Source: Ancylonema sp. (lineage: Eukaryota). From it: a DNA stretch of 64,000 nt. Of the stretch, positions 25,101 to 39,016 are shown piece after piece (position 1 is the stretch's first letter; each line of letters opens with the position of its first letter). The notes below the pieces were generated by a model. The model did no database searches. It worked only from the letters and a program-made list of their open reading frames with translations, and was not told the origin of the DNA. A program made the position numbers and the translations under genes. The stretch is taken from the NCBI GenBank assembly GCA_050230475.1, contig JBFLGF010000153.1, positions 1 to 64,000 on the forward strand. The letters run 5' to 3'.

Positions 25101-28100
25101 TACGTACGCCACGATATTTGTGACGGTTAACAACACTGAACCCCGTCCTTCCGGAATTGGTCCCACGTCCGATGTAGGTTGCAGTCTCAAATCCGGGCTG
25201 GACCTAATCCGGACAGCCAAACATAACCCCCCCATTTATTTAAAGGCAATTGATTAAATTGCCCCCCCCCCCAGCCCCCCCCTCCTCCAAATTCAATAAA
25301 CCATCTCCTCCCTCCCCCCCCCACCGTTTCATGATTAGTATCGTTCCCCTTTGACTAAGCCCCCTCCATTGTAACGAGTGTATTTGCCCTGTCCCAGGCG
25401 AGATTCTTCCCCTTACTTGGTAAGTGATCGTGTGCATGTATGGTAGTTGTCGAGTGTTCTTAAGAGCCGACTTGCGCACTAGAGTAATGCATGTAGTTTC
25501 GCGATGTAGTGTGCATTCGATTGTTGTAGCAAGTCAACACGTTCCCCCGCAGAAGAACTTAGTTCTCTTCGAGGGAATCGGCGAGTCTAGACATATTGAC
25601 GAAACGACGTTTAACACGCATGTGTTTGAATACTTGGCCTAGGTTAGGCATCGGCGATGTTTGATGTTCGCCGGCCGACGTTAGGACCTGCTCACTTCGG
25701 CAACCACTTCGGAGAGATTCCATTTTTCGCGAGAAAAGTGATGTTTGCGTACCATATCTTCGGTCATACGAGAACCCAAACAACGCTTTCTAACAATTGG
25801 TATAACGCCATCCCCCCCCCCGTTTATTTATTTTAGTAAACAATATGTTTGGCCGCTACGATGACACCATTTCTTGGGATGGGTAGACGGGAAGATTGAG
25901 AATAGATTGGTCACCAGCAAATAAGATTTCCCAAATTATGCACTTGCGAATCAAGGTTGTACACGTGCGAAAAATAGGCGTGGATCCGAGTGCACTTCAT
26001 GCGTTATAAGCATTGTTGCACATACATGGATATGGACTTCAGAAGGAAAACATGTTTATTATATCCGAACGACGGACGAATTTCAGACCGTGGTTTACAC
26101 GGTCTAAAACGCGGTCTGCTAGGATTTTTGTTTTGCCGTGTGAACTTGTGGACGTAAAATGAATATGATTCCGATGGAGGTCTTTGAATGTGGACCCATG
26201 ACTTTTCTAATATGGTGTGACAACTTCACCACTGCACTAGTGCTTGACAAGCACACTCCGACAATTTCTCCAATCATGTTATATTGATGAAAATAATTTA
26301 TAAACAACTCCAAGAGAACCCTAAAATTTGGGTTTGGTCTCACCGGTCTAAAATCGGAGAAGAAAGTGAGACCTAGGTCTAAGAGGATACGGTTTATGAA
26401 ACGTTCTACGGTCTGTGCAGCTATGGTTATAAGATAGGACACATGTGCGGATTGGATGAGATAGTACGGATCACACACGTGTGGAGTTTGGACTAGACAT
26501 GTGTGACAAATAGGTGTGAATCGGGTCGCGAGGATTGGGCACGTATCTACTTGAAGTCGGCACGTTGCAATAGTCTTTAGCGAGGTGTCCTCAATGCAAC
26601 AATTCCAAACACAAACTAAGCGACTAGTTAAAGTTGCCCTAGCCTCGGATTCGTTAACGGGATAAACTAACCCGGGTCGTTTGTTAGAACGGTGCGCTAG
26701 ACATCAGATTGGGCTCGGCTTTGGAGACTTGAGGCGTGGGTCTCTTCAAATCCGGATTGGAATATCTAATAGGTGGCTATGTGAGAGAGTTGCGGCATGT
26801 CATGTGTACATTGAATGACTTGATCTTGAATGGGCTGGGGTGAAATGGGGATGGGCCGGGTTGGGATGGGTTTGATATGTTCTGAAAAAAAATTACTCGC
26901 CGTGTGCCTCATGAATATTGACGTCAATAGCATGCGTAGCACGTCGAATTTTATCATCGATCATGTCCGATAGTTTCAAGTTGGTTCACTATCGATGTGC
27001 GTGACCTGTTAGTGCTGTGGCGTGCTAGGGGACCACTTGTACATGAGTCCCCGGGTGGACGTTTCTAGAGTGGTACTAGAATGCGGCAAGATAGATATAG
27101 AGACACTCGATGTATCCCAAAAGATTGCTGACTTTCTAATAAAAATTAATATCGTCTTTGTGTATGTGTATGGGTTATGTGTGGAATGAGAAAGGTGGTT
27201 ATTTGCTATCAAGAGTTTGAGTTGCGTTGAGTCGTGTCTCTGTTATCGATAATTGCGCATCGATCCTTATATTAGTTTGATGGCCACAACACACTAGACT
27301 TCGTACGGCGGAAAAATGACTATGTCTCCATGCTAGGTGTAGATACTTTGGAATTTTGGTAATTTTTTTATCTCAAACGGATTACTTTAAGAAGTTGTCA
27401 TCAAGTGTTTTCCGAGCACAGCGATTCATCCACCTCTTCTAGCGTCCTCTTCACTTGTTCCGGCACGTAGTCACCCATCAGCGTAAGCGGGCTCGTGCGA
27501 TTCGGGTGCGTACTTATTGTCTTGAGAAGGCTTCACCTTTCTTATTAGATAAGGAAGGCGAAGCCGAGAGTAGACTCCCCGCCCGCGCAACCATGTCCTG
27601 TAGAGCTCTCATGGCGATTGTAGGTTCTCCTTAGAGTATTGTGCGCTTGGCCTTTAAAAGATGCGTTGGTAAATCACTAAATTTTCGTGAATATGTTTTG
27701 TAGTATTATTCGGTTTCTTTAAATACGTTTTGTGAGAATATAAGAAGTGTGCGTATATTGGTGATGGGTTGGCACGAATAGTACTAAAAATAGGGACGTG
27801 GAGCACGGAAACGTGTCGATGCACAAGTGTAGCGGATCTGGGATAGCAATTGTATTGTAGAAGTGAAATTATACGTATCCGGGTGCATAAAGATGATATA
27901 TCAGTGTTCTGGAGGGTTTGAAGTGTGGTATGATGCATATCGATTGATGGCGACATGTTGTCAACACTTGTCGATAGAAAATGAAATCTGGGTAGAAAGT
28001 CGCAGATCTGCGCAAATAATAGCTTGCGATACATTTGGTAACTGCAAGGCAATGACTGTTGATGTTTGAACAATAATATTGCAATTCACATCATTCGGTT

Positions 28101-29489
28101 ATCCATAATTCTATTTTGTGTGTCAAAGTGTTTTGCGCTATTCGATGAGAGGTAGTTTGTCGTCATTGTTGCATTCGCGTGCATCTAGCGTCCGCAATAT
28201 TACGTTTTTCTTTTATTTTCTCGCATCGAACACCTTTTTGTCGAAATTTATTGGGAATTACCTTTTTCGCTACTTATAAGCATGTCCTCCTTTTACCCAT
28301 AGAGCTTAAATAAACCAAAAAGAGGCATGGAGGTGAAGTAATGAAGGCTAATAGATTATTAAGGAGATGACAGATTCTTGCATGCCACCTGAGTGTGCTC
28401 ACGATCTACCACGATGTCCATGATTTTGCTCTCCATTATTTCCAGGGAATTATTGTGTCGATACCCCCATATTTTGTCATTTTAGATATGAATTATATGC
28501 ATAATGTCAATTATACTCATTGTCATGAAATTTACGAATATTTAACGATCGAGATAAGGATCATATTCGTTGTCATTACGTTTTTCATAGCAACCTGTCG
28601 AAGGTGCCCTTTCTTCTTGTTGTCACTCAACGTAAACGTTTTACACTCACACGAGAAAATGGACATAAGACAACATAAACATTGTATATATATGTACGTG
28701 ACAAGCGTCAAGTTTGGAGATGTCTCTCGAAGTGACTTGTTGAATGTTTTGTACACTGACATACAAATTTTAGAAGCCAAACATGAGTCTTGCGGGGAAA
28801 CCACATTTCTCGATATCTCGTGTCGATATTCACCTTCGGGAGATGCCTTCCTCGATAATAACACCTCATCGACGCTTTGGGATTTTCTATCGACATCCTA
28901 AAAGCTACGATCGGCATGTCAACTAAGATGTCATTGCTGCAAACAAACCACTCAATTCTGGATCTCACGAAGCACCATCTCACGAACACTGTCGAAGTGC
29001 ATCTTTAAACGGTGTGAAAAGAGAGAGATTCACATGAATCATTTCCGTCACGACATTCGGTTTCATATCTATGTCAGTTTAAGATACGCATAAGGTTAAT
29101 CGCTTGACTGAAAATAAACTGAGCTTGATGGAACCTGGCCTTCAATTAGGAGTCCTGGGACCGCAGCCTTAATTCACTCGGTCATTCAAGCTTCGGCAGA
29201 TCATGCGATAACGATTTTCTGAATTTTAGGAGTCTTTGGTAATAATACACACATCACTGGGATGTATCTAAATTTCGGTTTATTTGTTGGGAACTGCCAC
29301 GGTGCATTTTAAATAATGGTTCATAATATGGATGGTCTCGATCTATCGATCGCCAAACCGATGACACCAAAGGATGCGTTTCATCCTCCCACCGTGATTG
29401 GCATCATGACGCGTTTTAACGACTATTTTTACTTTTATTGATCCCTGCAATCGCGGTGGAGCGAAGTCGAACTTGTCTGAGAACTTTAC

Positions 29490-31480
29490 CCGTTGTTGAA
29501 ATGTTCTGCTAGGCATGAAGAAAAATTGCATTTGAACTTCTTCGGATTTTCCACCGTCGACAACTTTATCACAATGAAACACTCTCAGCATCTCATGACA
29601 GAGCAGGATATCCTCTTGTGTGTGTCGGGACTAGGATCGACAGAAGATGGACTTCATACTAGCAACACCATCTTCAATGCACTTCAGATTACTGCCCCAC
29701 AGCTTGCTGCTAGGATGCATCTTCGAGAGCAAGTGGAATTTTTGGAGCTTTCAAGTCCCTCACGTATGCTTCGTGCAGAAAGCATCGCAGAAGGAGGAAC
29801 GTGTTCACGATATGGATACGGGGCTTGCAGAGCTACCTCCACGATCAATATTACATCAGATGTGACACACGAGTTTTCGATGTCTGAATGGTTAGGTCGA
29901 TCTCGATCTATGGACGAGGTGAATGTTTATAATGGCACCTCTTCCTGAACATATCATGTTGGCCGTAGAGGTATTAGAAACCTTACATATGTGGAAGTGG
30001 TAAATATTCATAATGGACATAAATCATATATGTGTCTACTTCATGTACGGCACGTCATATAAGGTAGGCACGTGATAAATGGTTAGTTGTCTCTTTCAAA
30101 TATCGATTCCGGAAGGAGAAGTCGTAATGTCTAAAGTTTTTCCATTTTCAAAACCTGCCTAGTGATTTGTGTCGCAGAAAGCTTTAGCAGCCCCAGAAGG
30201 ATATCATTCAAGTCCATCGACTTCAAAACAGTACGGCATGTTTTATGGGGCTTCCCCCACAATGCGTGTGGAATCTCCTTCCTCAGACATGAATTATTCT
30301 CTTGAAGCGACAGAAAGTCCACCGACCCCGTTGTGCGCAAGATCATACGGCAGCAGTAATTCTGCAGCAGATCAGAACGATCAGTGTGAAAGCATTACCT
30401 CTGATCTCAAGGTGGAAAGTGCGCTGCAAGACAATACTTACAATTTATCACCGCAGAGAGAAAAGACAGATTTGTTTCCATTCTTTGCCATTTGTAGAGC
30501 AGATCAGACACACAGTGAAGACAGCCCTGATTCTGTCATACATCCACCACCGCTGACCAGAGGTGTGGTGGCCGAGCTGAAAGCCTACACATCACCACCA
30601 CCAATAGTAGTCGATGTATGGACTGGATGCCTTCTTTTGACAGGTGACTTCAGCTCTATCCGTCCACCTTTGGTCATTCTGCGCACTAAGCAACTCTTAG
30701 TCCGGTGAGATGTATACCCGTACTTATCCAGGTACCTTCGATAAATGCAACTGATGATAGTACAAAGATATATGTGCCAATATTCTGCTAGATATCGACT
30801 GTATTGTATATGTGTCTGAAGATGCTGGCCAGCACTTTCATCCTTCCGACAGGAATGCTGACGGTGGGAGAGACTCTTGATTCAAGAGACATGATATGGC
30901 AGCGAATTCGGCAGCTGTTTGCAACGACGTCAAGTCCTCGAGGTCCAAGGAACCACGAGTCTTCTCCTCTTGATTTTTCGTCCATGAAGTCTGCATCGAA
31001 GTCTTTCAGCTTCTTCAATATGCTTACAAGCTGCAGTCCCCCGGAATTCGCTTTCAAGGCAGCATTGATGAGCCACCCTGATGACCTTTGTGTGCCTTGG
31101 AAAGAGAGGTTATTTACGCCGACCAGATTGCAGATGTCTCCATATATGCGAGAGGTTCCAGGCATTCTTATCGACACCAACTCCAGACACATTCACAGTA
31201 AAACTCCAAAGAGCTCCAGGCGTGTGCCCTCAACTCCAATCTGTACTCGTCTTCAAAGGGCTGTGGAGATTCTTGATGCAATAAAGATCCAGGAGGTGGC
31301 TGCAACGTCTAAACCATGCCTTCAATTATACGTGTGGTCTAAGCATGTCATATCCGCTGGGGCAGAGGCTGTTGGCCCAGTCTACTAATTGCTATCCCAT
31401 TGCTATAGTCGACACACCACGAGGCTGCTGAAGTGGTTGTAGACGGCAATTCGTCACCATTCTTGTTGAAGGTGACACCA
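29490..31480 (+). CDS. Possible multi-exon gene of unknown function
   Basis: Three same-strand ORFs of 151-194 aa (29493-29948, 30169-30708, 30804-31388), S/P-rich, with plausible splice signals. No family recognised. Confidence 0.3.
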
Positions 31481-32154
31481 GCCTGAGAAGGGAGAATTAA
31501 TTATAATATTGTCCAGACAACACATCCGTTGGACCTGCTGTCATGGCAGCCAGTCGATGGAAGATGGTCGAGCTAGGCGAAGAAGAGGGTGAAGATGTTT
31601 AACAGTTTTTTTAGGGTCTTAGGTCAGCTGCTCCATTACGTCTTCCATGTCAAGTGTCAATTCATGTGCATACACATACTTCTGTGAGAGAAAATGATAT
31701 CGGAAGTAGGCACATGCGCATGGGACAACAGTCAAACGTTTGTCTCTCCCAATCACCAACTGATTTGGTCGGGGTGCCTGCAGGGCAGTGTATCATGCCT
31801 TATGGAAGCCTCCAATGCTGTGATCAGAGAAATGACATTCAGAGTGGCCAGAGGAAGAGAAAGAGAAAACACAAATAGTAACCGAGCCTGTGTGCAGTGA
31901 TAAGTGATAAGCAAGGTGGACAGCAGGCTTTGATTTATTTATAAAGAAGGATTACAAACTAGGCAGCTATTGCATCTTTTTCCTCACACCTCCCTCGGGG
32001 TGTGGGGAACTAACAACTGCAAACAAACTACGGAAGTAGATCTACCTACAGCTTTCTTTTTCTTTGAACCACTTGAATTTGCCATCTATATGCAAAAAAG
32101 TGACATAATAACTCGCTTGAGCAAAGTCGACAGCATAGAGGAACTGATTCATCA

Positions 32155-33657
32155 TTAAAGCGTAAGCTGGTGAGGGTTCTCGATGATCTCTGCTAGTGTC
32201 TTCAGGAATTCGGCGACGTCAGCCCCGTAGATGATGCGATGATCCGCTGTGACATTCACCTGGAAGCATCACAATTATGATCAGTGATCAGCTGCATACT
32301 GTTGCATGCCTTCAGATCGTGACATGGCAGCTCAAGCCTCGCAAGACATGTGCAATGAGTTCGGTTGAACAAGGTGAGGTCTGTCTTCTCCGTTATCCCC
32401 AGCCACACACCAGGAGACATACAAGCTTATCGTCCCTACCTGCATCTGTCTCTTCACCCCAAAGAGGCCGTCATTGGTGGCCACCACGGTGGGCTGCGAC
32501 GCCCCTACAGCCATGATGGCCCCCTGCCCCGTTCACATCCCAAAACCCCCAGTCAGGCTCCTCCCCCCACCCCAGAAACTGCTGTACCGGATGCTGTCAG
32601 CACCATCCAGTCTGAGGCCAGCGAGAGCACGTCCAAGACTCGATCGATGTCTCAAACATGGTTTGGATGCCACATGCTTTCAGGCCTTTTTTGAGAACCA
32701 CAAAAAAGTTTCTGCATCCGTTTTGGGGGGTATGTGACTGCTGTGTACCATGCCACTCCTTATTTCTTCCCTTTGACTCGGTCTCCCCACCTGCTGCACC
32801 TTGTCATGTGTACTTCGAGCTGCATCAATTACATGCATTCCATGATCTAATATACTAGTGAAGCCGCAGCCCATCCAGCCCGAGCACATACCGTGCCAGG
32901 TGGCAGAATCGCTTCAAATCGATCTACTCCAAACATCCCCAGGTTTGAGATGGTGAAAGTGCCTGCAGCATCCCACCACGATGGCCACGTGAGACGGCAG
33001 AGTCCGAGTCTGCTGGCACACCCATAGCCTTGTGGGCGCTGACATACCGGTGGAGTACTCGGCGGGAGAGAGCTGCTTGGCTCTGGCCTTGTCCACCAGC
33101 TCCTTCCACTTCCTCGACAGGCTGTAGATGTCCATCTGCGCACGGGCCGGGTCCGAAATGTCAGCCACTCAGCTGAGAGCTGCTCATTCATAGGCTAGCC
33201 CTGTGGAAACAAATCCGATTTTGGAGTCGAAATAACAACTGTCTCACGACATTTCTTTGCGCCGTGTCCCGTGACATACCTTCCCCCAAATCTTGCACAG
33301 GCTGTTCGCACGGTCTGTACAAAACTCTCATCCATTAAAAATGCTGTGGCTGGCTGGGTGCAATATAATAATAATGATTATTATTATTTTTAAAAAAAAA
33401 ACAGTATCGTCGAGGGACAATCTTGTCCAGTCATCCCCATTCCTTTCAGCCTCACCTTATCCGCATCTTGCAGGACTGGGGTGAGGAGACCGCCATCCAT
33501 GGCCACCGCCACCGCCACGTTCACACTGCTGTTGTACGTAAAGCTTTTGCCGTCTTTGCATGATGCGTTCATAGCCGGGTGCTTGGCGAGAGCCATTGCC
33601 ACAGCCTTGGCCAGCAGAGCAGACATGGTGACGCCCTTGCTCTTGATCTGGGGGGGG

Positions 33658-33692
<35 letters not shown>

Positions 33693-35190
33693 CAAAAGTG
33701 CTCATTGAGTGCTTCACACACACCAGCTCCAGTACGCGGTTCACACAAGTGCCTCCCACCTGCTTGTACAGACTGTCGAAGGCATCTGTGGTGATGGTGT
33801 AGCCCACGTGGAAGACAGGGATGGCGAGACTGGCCTCCATGTTCTTTGTCACGGCTGTCTGCATGCCCGTGAACGGCACACTGCCTGGCGCCGCTACAGC
33901 TGCCTTGGCAGCAGCGGGGGCTGGGGCGGTCAGGGGCACTGCAGCCACTGCAGCAGCAGGCGGTGCAGGGGCCCTGCCAGCGGCTGCTTCCACATCAGCC
34001 GCCACAATTCGACCTGCAGGTCCAGATCCGGCTACCGTGGCCAAGTCCACCTGGCCAACACACCACACGGCTGGCATGTCAGGGTGGCGTGTGCGTTTGT
34101 GCGTGCGGACCTGAGGATGCACACCTTGAACTGCTTTGCGAGCTTCTTTGCGTACGGGGTGGCCACAATCCTTCCCCCCTCCGCAGCAGGGTGGGAGGAA
34201 ACGACCAGGGCAGCAGTCAACTGAGCGGGAGGGGGAGGGGAGGGGGCTGCAGCAGCTGGAGGAGGTGGAGGTGGAGCCTCGGCAACAGGGGCGGGGGCAG
34301 CAGGCGGAGCAGATGAGGCCGCGCTCCCATTGGATGCCGCTGCTCTCGCCTTTGCCTCCTCCACCTCCTCCGCAGTCTCAGCCAGAATTGCGATGGCTGC
34401 TCCAACTGCAGCCACCTGTCGTTTGCACATTGCCCACCAAAGCCGTCAGAGCAGCCTCAGTTCCCTTCCATCCCTCCCAACCACAAGAACTGCACACCAA
34501 GCAGCTCCAGCTGCCGGATGCTTTCAGTTTCCACGGCAGAAAGTCGACTGCATTTACATCCGCCTCTGAAACTTTTAGACGAGAGGATGGTATACTTCTA
34601 TCAGGAGATCTATATGTGGGAGATATACACACACTGTATCGGGTTTCACAGCGAATGGAGATTCCTGTTGCACCGCAGGGTACCAAAAGCGGCACCTCAA
34701 CAATTTCCACAAGTCCCATAAGTGTGGAAAGGTGGGAAGCCGAGTGTAGTGCGCCTGCCTCTTGTCGAGGCATCTCCATCATTTTGACAAGGGAGGCGTA
34801 TTTGAGTGACCACACATTCCTCCACATTATTCTGTCTCACCTCACCCTCGCCGACCACAATGGCGGCCAAGATGCCATCGTAAAAAGTCTCGACGTCCAT
34901 GTCGGCTTTGTCAGATTCGACCACCACCACGCTCTCCCCCTTTGTGAGCTGATCTCCCTCGCTGCATTCAACGGACGGGTCAATCGACTCAGTGGAATGC
35001 CCCCAATAAAACGGGCCTTATCCTTATTTTCCCAGCCCTAAATGATCCAGTGAGTTCGGTGCACTCTGGTCACTCTGTGGAGCTTCTCACCTCTTCGACC
35101 AAGAGACAATCTTGCCCTCAGTCATGGTCGAGCTCAGTGCTGGCATGAAGATTTCTCTTATCTTGGCTTCCGTCACCAAGCGGCTCGAAT
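32155..35190 (-). CDS. LTA2: Plastid pyruvate dehydrogenase E2 (dihydrolipoamide acetyltransferase), copy 1, lacking exon 1 and the start of exon 2
   Basis: Lipoyl domain KIREIFMPALSSTMTEGKIVSW...VVVESDKADMDVETFYDG. E3-binding RIVATPYAKKLAK..GSGPAGRI. Catalytic GTFTISNLGMFGVDRFEAILPPG...VNVTADHRIIYGAD..ENPHQLTL*. Homology to copy 2 stops abruptly at ~35190. Confidence 0.9.
33658..33688. repeat. Poly(A) run (~31 nt; poly-T polypyrimidine tract of an E2 intron)
   Basis: Homopolymer directly before the C-run/CAG acceptor of the IKSKGVTMS exon on the minus strand. Confidence 0.9.
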
Positions 35191-35418
35191 CCACCTACGT
35201 GGCTGGAGCCGACCCTGCCACCACAAGCTGAATGCTGAGCTGAAAGAGAGAAGATGTGTGAGGCTCTGCAATTCGACACGTGCTTCTATCCAAACCCGTT
35301 TCGATACAAGAGCACGTCTAGCAGCCACTCATCCCGTCTTCTCATATCCTCGATTCGTAGTCCCTGGAAGCCATCGGTTCACGCTCGCGCTTCCTCCCTA
35401 CCGAATGCCTTTGTACAG

Positions 35419-36975
35419 ATGGCAGCCTGTATCTGGCTAGTCCCGTGGACCCCCTCTACCTCATCCTCCCTCTACTCGACAAGGCCCGAATGAAGGTCCC
35501 CCCCCCTCAGCTTCTGACAAACCTGTGGGCCACCAGACAGGGGCTCACCCCTCGTCTCTGCTGTTGGGGTGCAGAGGGGAGATGATTCCGGGAAGTTTCG
35601 AAGTCTGGATGACATCCTCGACCTTCCAGACTTTCCGGCGTACATCGCACTGCGCCCACTGTGGGAGCGCCATCTGGCACTTGTTTGTGACATCACAGGT
35701 GCGGTTCGGGGACCCGTGTGTGTCTCTCTGCCTGGTTCTGCCTACTTCTGCTATGGATCTCAATATAGATTTTGAGACCGAGTGTGCCAAGTCATCATTT
35801 GCATTCACAAAGTCGGTGGAGACCCAGGGCAGCCTCTTTGTACCCTCACCCTGTCATCAACCTCCACCCCTAACGCCTCCTCACTTCTAAAAGTGGGAGG
35901 TGTAGGGAAGCGACATTTCTGCTCCTCTACTTTCTGAAATTTGTAGGAATGCTTTCTGCACACAAGCCCGGATTTTTTGTTTAAAGCAATTGCCAAAAAG
36001 TGAGCCTCGGCACTTGTTCTCACATGAGTACAAGGAGGATGGTTGCAGACGCAGGAGGCGATCGCTTCTACCGTCTCAACGATCAGCGCACGCTCAGGTG
36101 GCTGAGCTGTAAGGTGCGCCCATTCTGCTCACCAACACTGCATCACTCCAGCCCGCTGTCCATGAATTCCATTCCATAGTGACTCCAAACAGGGTCAGCC
36201 AAACCAGATGCCCCTGTCACAAACCGGTTATCGGTTATCGTTCAGGTGTGAACGTGCTCCAAAACAGATGCATCAAACCGGCTTCCTCTCTGTCACCCCC
36301 CATAACCACCCACACAAGTGTAAGATGAGGTGTTCTTCTACCGATACAGCCGCCTTCCTCCTCATCGCCTTCCATACTCAGGTGGACCAAACGTGCGGTG
36401 CCCTGAGAGTGTGTGGGGGGAAGGCGATATGCGCGCTGTCCGAAGGGGATCTTAGTGAGTGCGGGCAGCCGTGGGGCCCACTGTTCTCTGCCGCCTACAC
36501 TCAGTGCAGCAACTGGGAGGGGAGGGTTCCAGATCGATGTTTTACGCGGCGCATGTACTTGTCTGGGTGGTCAATCCCATGCTGACAGGTGGCAGATGGT
36601 GGGGGGGGAGGGGTGTGCAGAGTCCTACGCAGTGGACCTCATGCAGGAGTACTTAGACGCTGCCACCTGGCACAAGCGACTGACAGCACATCTGGGGTAA
36701 GGTCAACGGGCGCCAGCTGGACAGGCTCTGACCCTCTGCCTCAAACACGTGTCTTGTCGATGGTTTGTCGATTTGTTGATTTGTTGGTGTAGAAATGGAA
36801 AGTGGGGTGGGATAAAGGAGGGTGACCGAGGTTGGTGTGTCCCTTATGCCCTCATGCCCTCATGCCTACCGTGGGCTGCGATTCGATGCACAGGATGGAG
36901 GAGCGGGATGGGGCAGCTGAGAAGCAGAGCCTGGCTGCTGCCCGAGAGCCCTTGCCCATCCCTTCCGCCCAACCT
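35419..36975 (+). pseudogene. RNASEH2B: RNase H2 subunit B, internal exons only (N-terminus not found; C-terminus not evident)
   Basis: Spliced exons give DGSLYLASPVDPLYLILPLLDKARMK / RGDDSGKFRSLDDILDLPDFPAY..HLALVCDIT / DAGGDRFYRLNDQRTLRWLSCK / VDQTCGAL.. / SYAVDLMQEYL. Only ~230 bp separate the first exon from the E2 breakpoint. Confidence 0.75.
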
Positions 36976-39016
36976 GTGAGTCGATGCTCTGAAACTTGAA
37001 CCGGGATTGGTGGGGCCAAGAATAAGGGTTGTGGAACCGCGTGAATGGAGTGACGACGCTTAAAGCTGCTCAATGATGTGCCTTCCCTCACGTGGTCGGG
37101 GCCTTCTGACCAACTGCGCCTCTGCGTGTTTGCAACGCAGCAGAGTGAAATTTTGAATGGCACAAAGCGTCCGCGCACGGTTGGGAAAGCGAATAAAGGC
37201 CCGATGAAACCGGGAGATCAACGAATCACTAGCTTTTTTGCGAGGCCGAGGTAGCATTCTTTGCACGAATAAGAGGGAAATAGTTTGCTAGCTTGAGTCT
37301 TGATGAGATTTGAAAGATCGAGCCATAATGTTCTTGAGTCGTGTTGCATCTGTATGGATGGGTTGTGTGTGATGACCCCGCTTTGCTTGTAAAAAATATA
37401 CTTTCCCAATGGACGAGTAGATTGATTATTAATGTTTAGTATTAGGTTAGTTTCGGTTGTATCTGCATCTATTGGTTGGGGGTATTTGAAGTGGGAGGCT
37501 AGTGATTTATTGTGGAGACTAGTGCAGGAGAAGTTGTCTTGGCTTGATAGTCATGTGCTTTCCGAATCACTTTCATTTTTTGTAGAATGTTCTATTGATG
37601 GTGGTGGAAAGTGAGGCCAATAAAGGTGGAGGAATTTATCATGGAGGTGAGCCTATTTCCGTTTTTATCCCGCATAAGCTTTACAGAGTGTGGCCAAGTG
37701 TTGGACACACACGATTCGATTGGGGACGTAGTAGAGATGGCAATGTTGACTTTGTGAGGGTCACATGAAGTGATGAAGAAATGTAGAGCGATCCCACTTT
37801 AGACACCCAACACGATGTGCGATACGACACTCATAGGTTTCAACTATACGTTATTGACCCTTGTTTTGAGTAATCACTGAGGCCGACAACGACATGCGAG
37901 GTGGTCTTGAACATCTAGCACACGCGAATATGAGCACGGTAAAACGTAGGTCCAGGGCATGAGCACAACCTCTAGCAACAGTCGATCCTATTCTTCAAGA
38001 TCGCCTCTGTAGTAATTCCACAACACATGTGACAACTTTATTAACAAAAGTGGAACAAAAATTCGACCAAGATCATAGATACTTGAACTCCACTTCTATA
38101 TTCTTGAGCGTTTCTTAAACTACTCGTCTAGTTGAGAGCACATTCAGCACTGCTGTCTTTGTGACCCGAAAGGTCAAAGATGCCCACAGATCATACAAGT
38201 TCTGACAAAAAATGGGCCCTCTCTCAAGGCCTATACCTACACAACTCCGAGTAGGCCAACCAGGTACAAAATTTTGCCAAAATTATGTTCAACAAAGAAC
38301 AACAGCCCCTCATGCCCTATCAGATGATAGATGCCACTGGTACAAAAATGAGGATGTGGCCACCTCTCTTGCACTATCCCCAAATCCTTTCCCCACTCAC
38401 CACCCAACACCACCCTACCACCAATGAGTGATGATGCCTCTGCCTCACTTTCATCACGACAATAGATACCCGATAAACGACCCCGCTTTACAAACTAATA
38501 GACAATAGTCATCGAATTGTGGCCTTCTCCTTCGCCTGCCCCCCCCCGTGGTCCCTGCTTGAATTTCACAACCCAGAACCCGGCTGCTTCACCTCCTTTG
38601 CTTCCCTGCCCTTCATCGCAACAACCACTCACAGCCACTGGACCATACTCGATCCCCACACGCCATTCTCTGCCTCCTGCACCACGCCTATCCATTAAAA
38701 GCGGGCCTGATGTCGTTGACCCCCTACCAATTGATTACAAGGGTGCGACGGACAGAGGCAGTCCCCCCACCCTGAAAAAAATTGAAGATGCTACCTCCCT
38801 ACCCCTACTCATTTGTGAGCGTCTCACCCCAACTTGACCTCATGCACCTCCCCATCTTTGTACACCTCACTCTCCACTCCCTCTCTGCCAACTTCTCGGC
38901 TCTCTCGCATTCGCCATCTTTGTGTCTCCTTGAACACTTCAAATGCGCACCAAGCATGAGACTGGATGTACAACTAGACCCCTCCCACCCGCCCCTGCCC
39001 CGCCGGCGCCTGGAAC

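Noticed and set aside
26085..26122. Helitron 3' terminus (hairpin AGACCGTG-GTTTA-CACGGTCT then CTAG)
   Set aside because: CTAG is followed by G rather than the expected T, and no 5' TC end or Rep/helicase remnant was identified.
37040..37260. Gypsy integrase GPY/F remnant (RF-IGP on minus strand)
   Set aside because: Only a frameshifted five-residue resemblance, with no other pol motifs.
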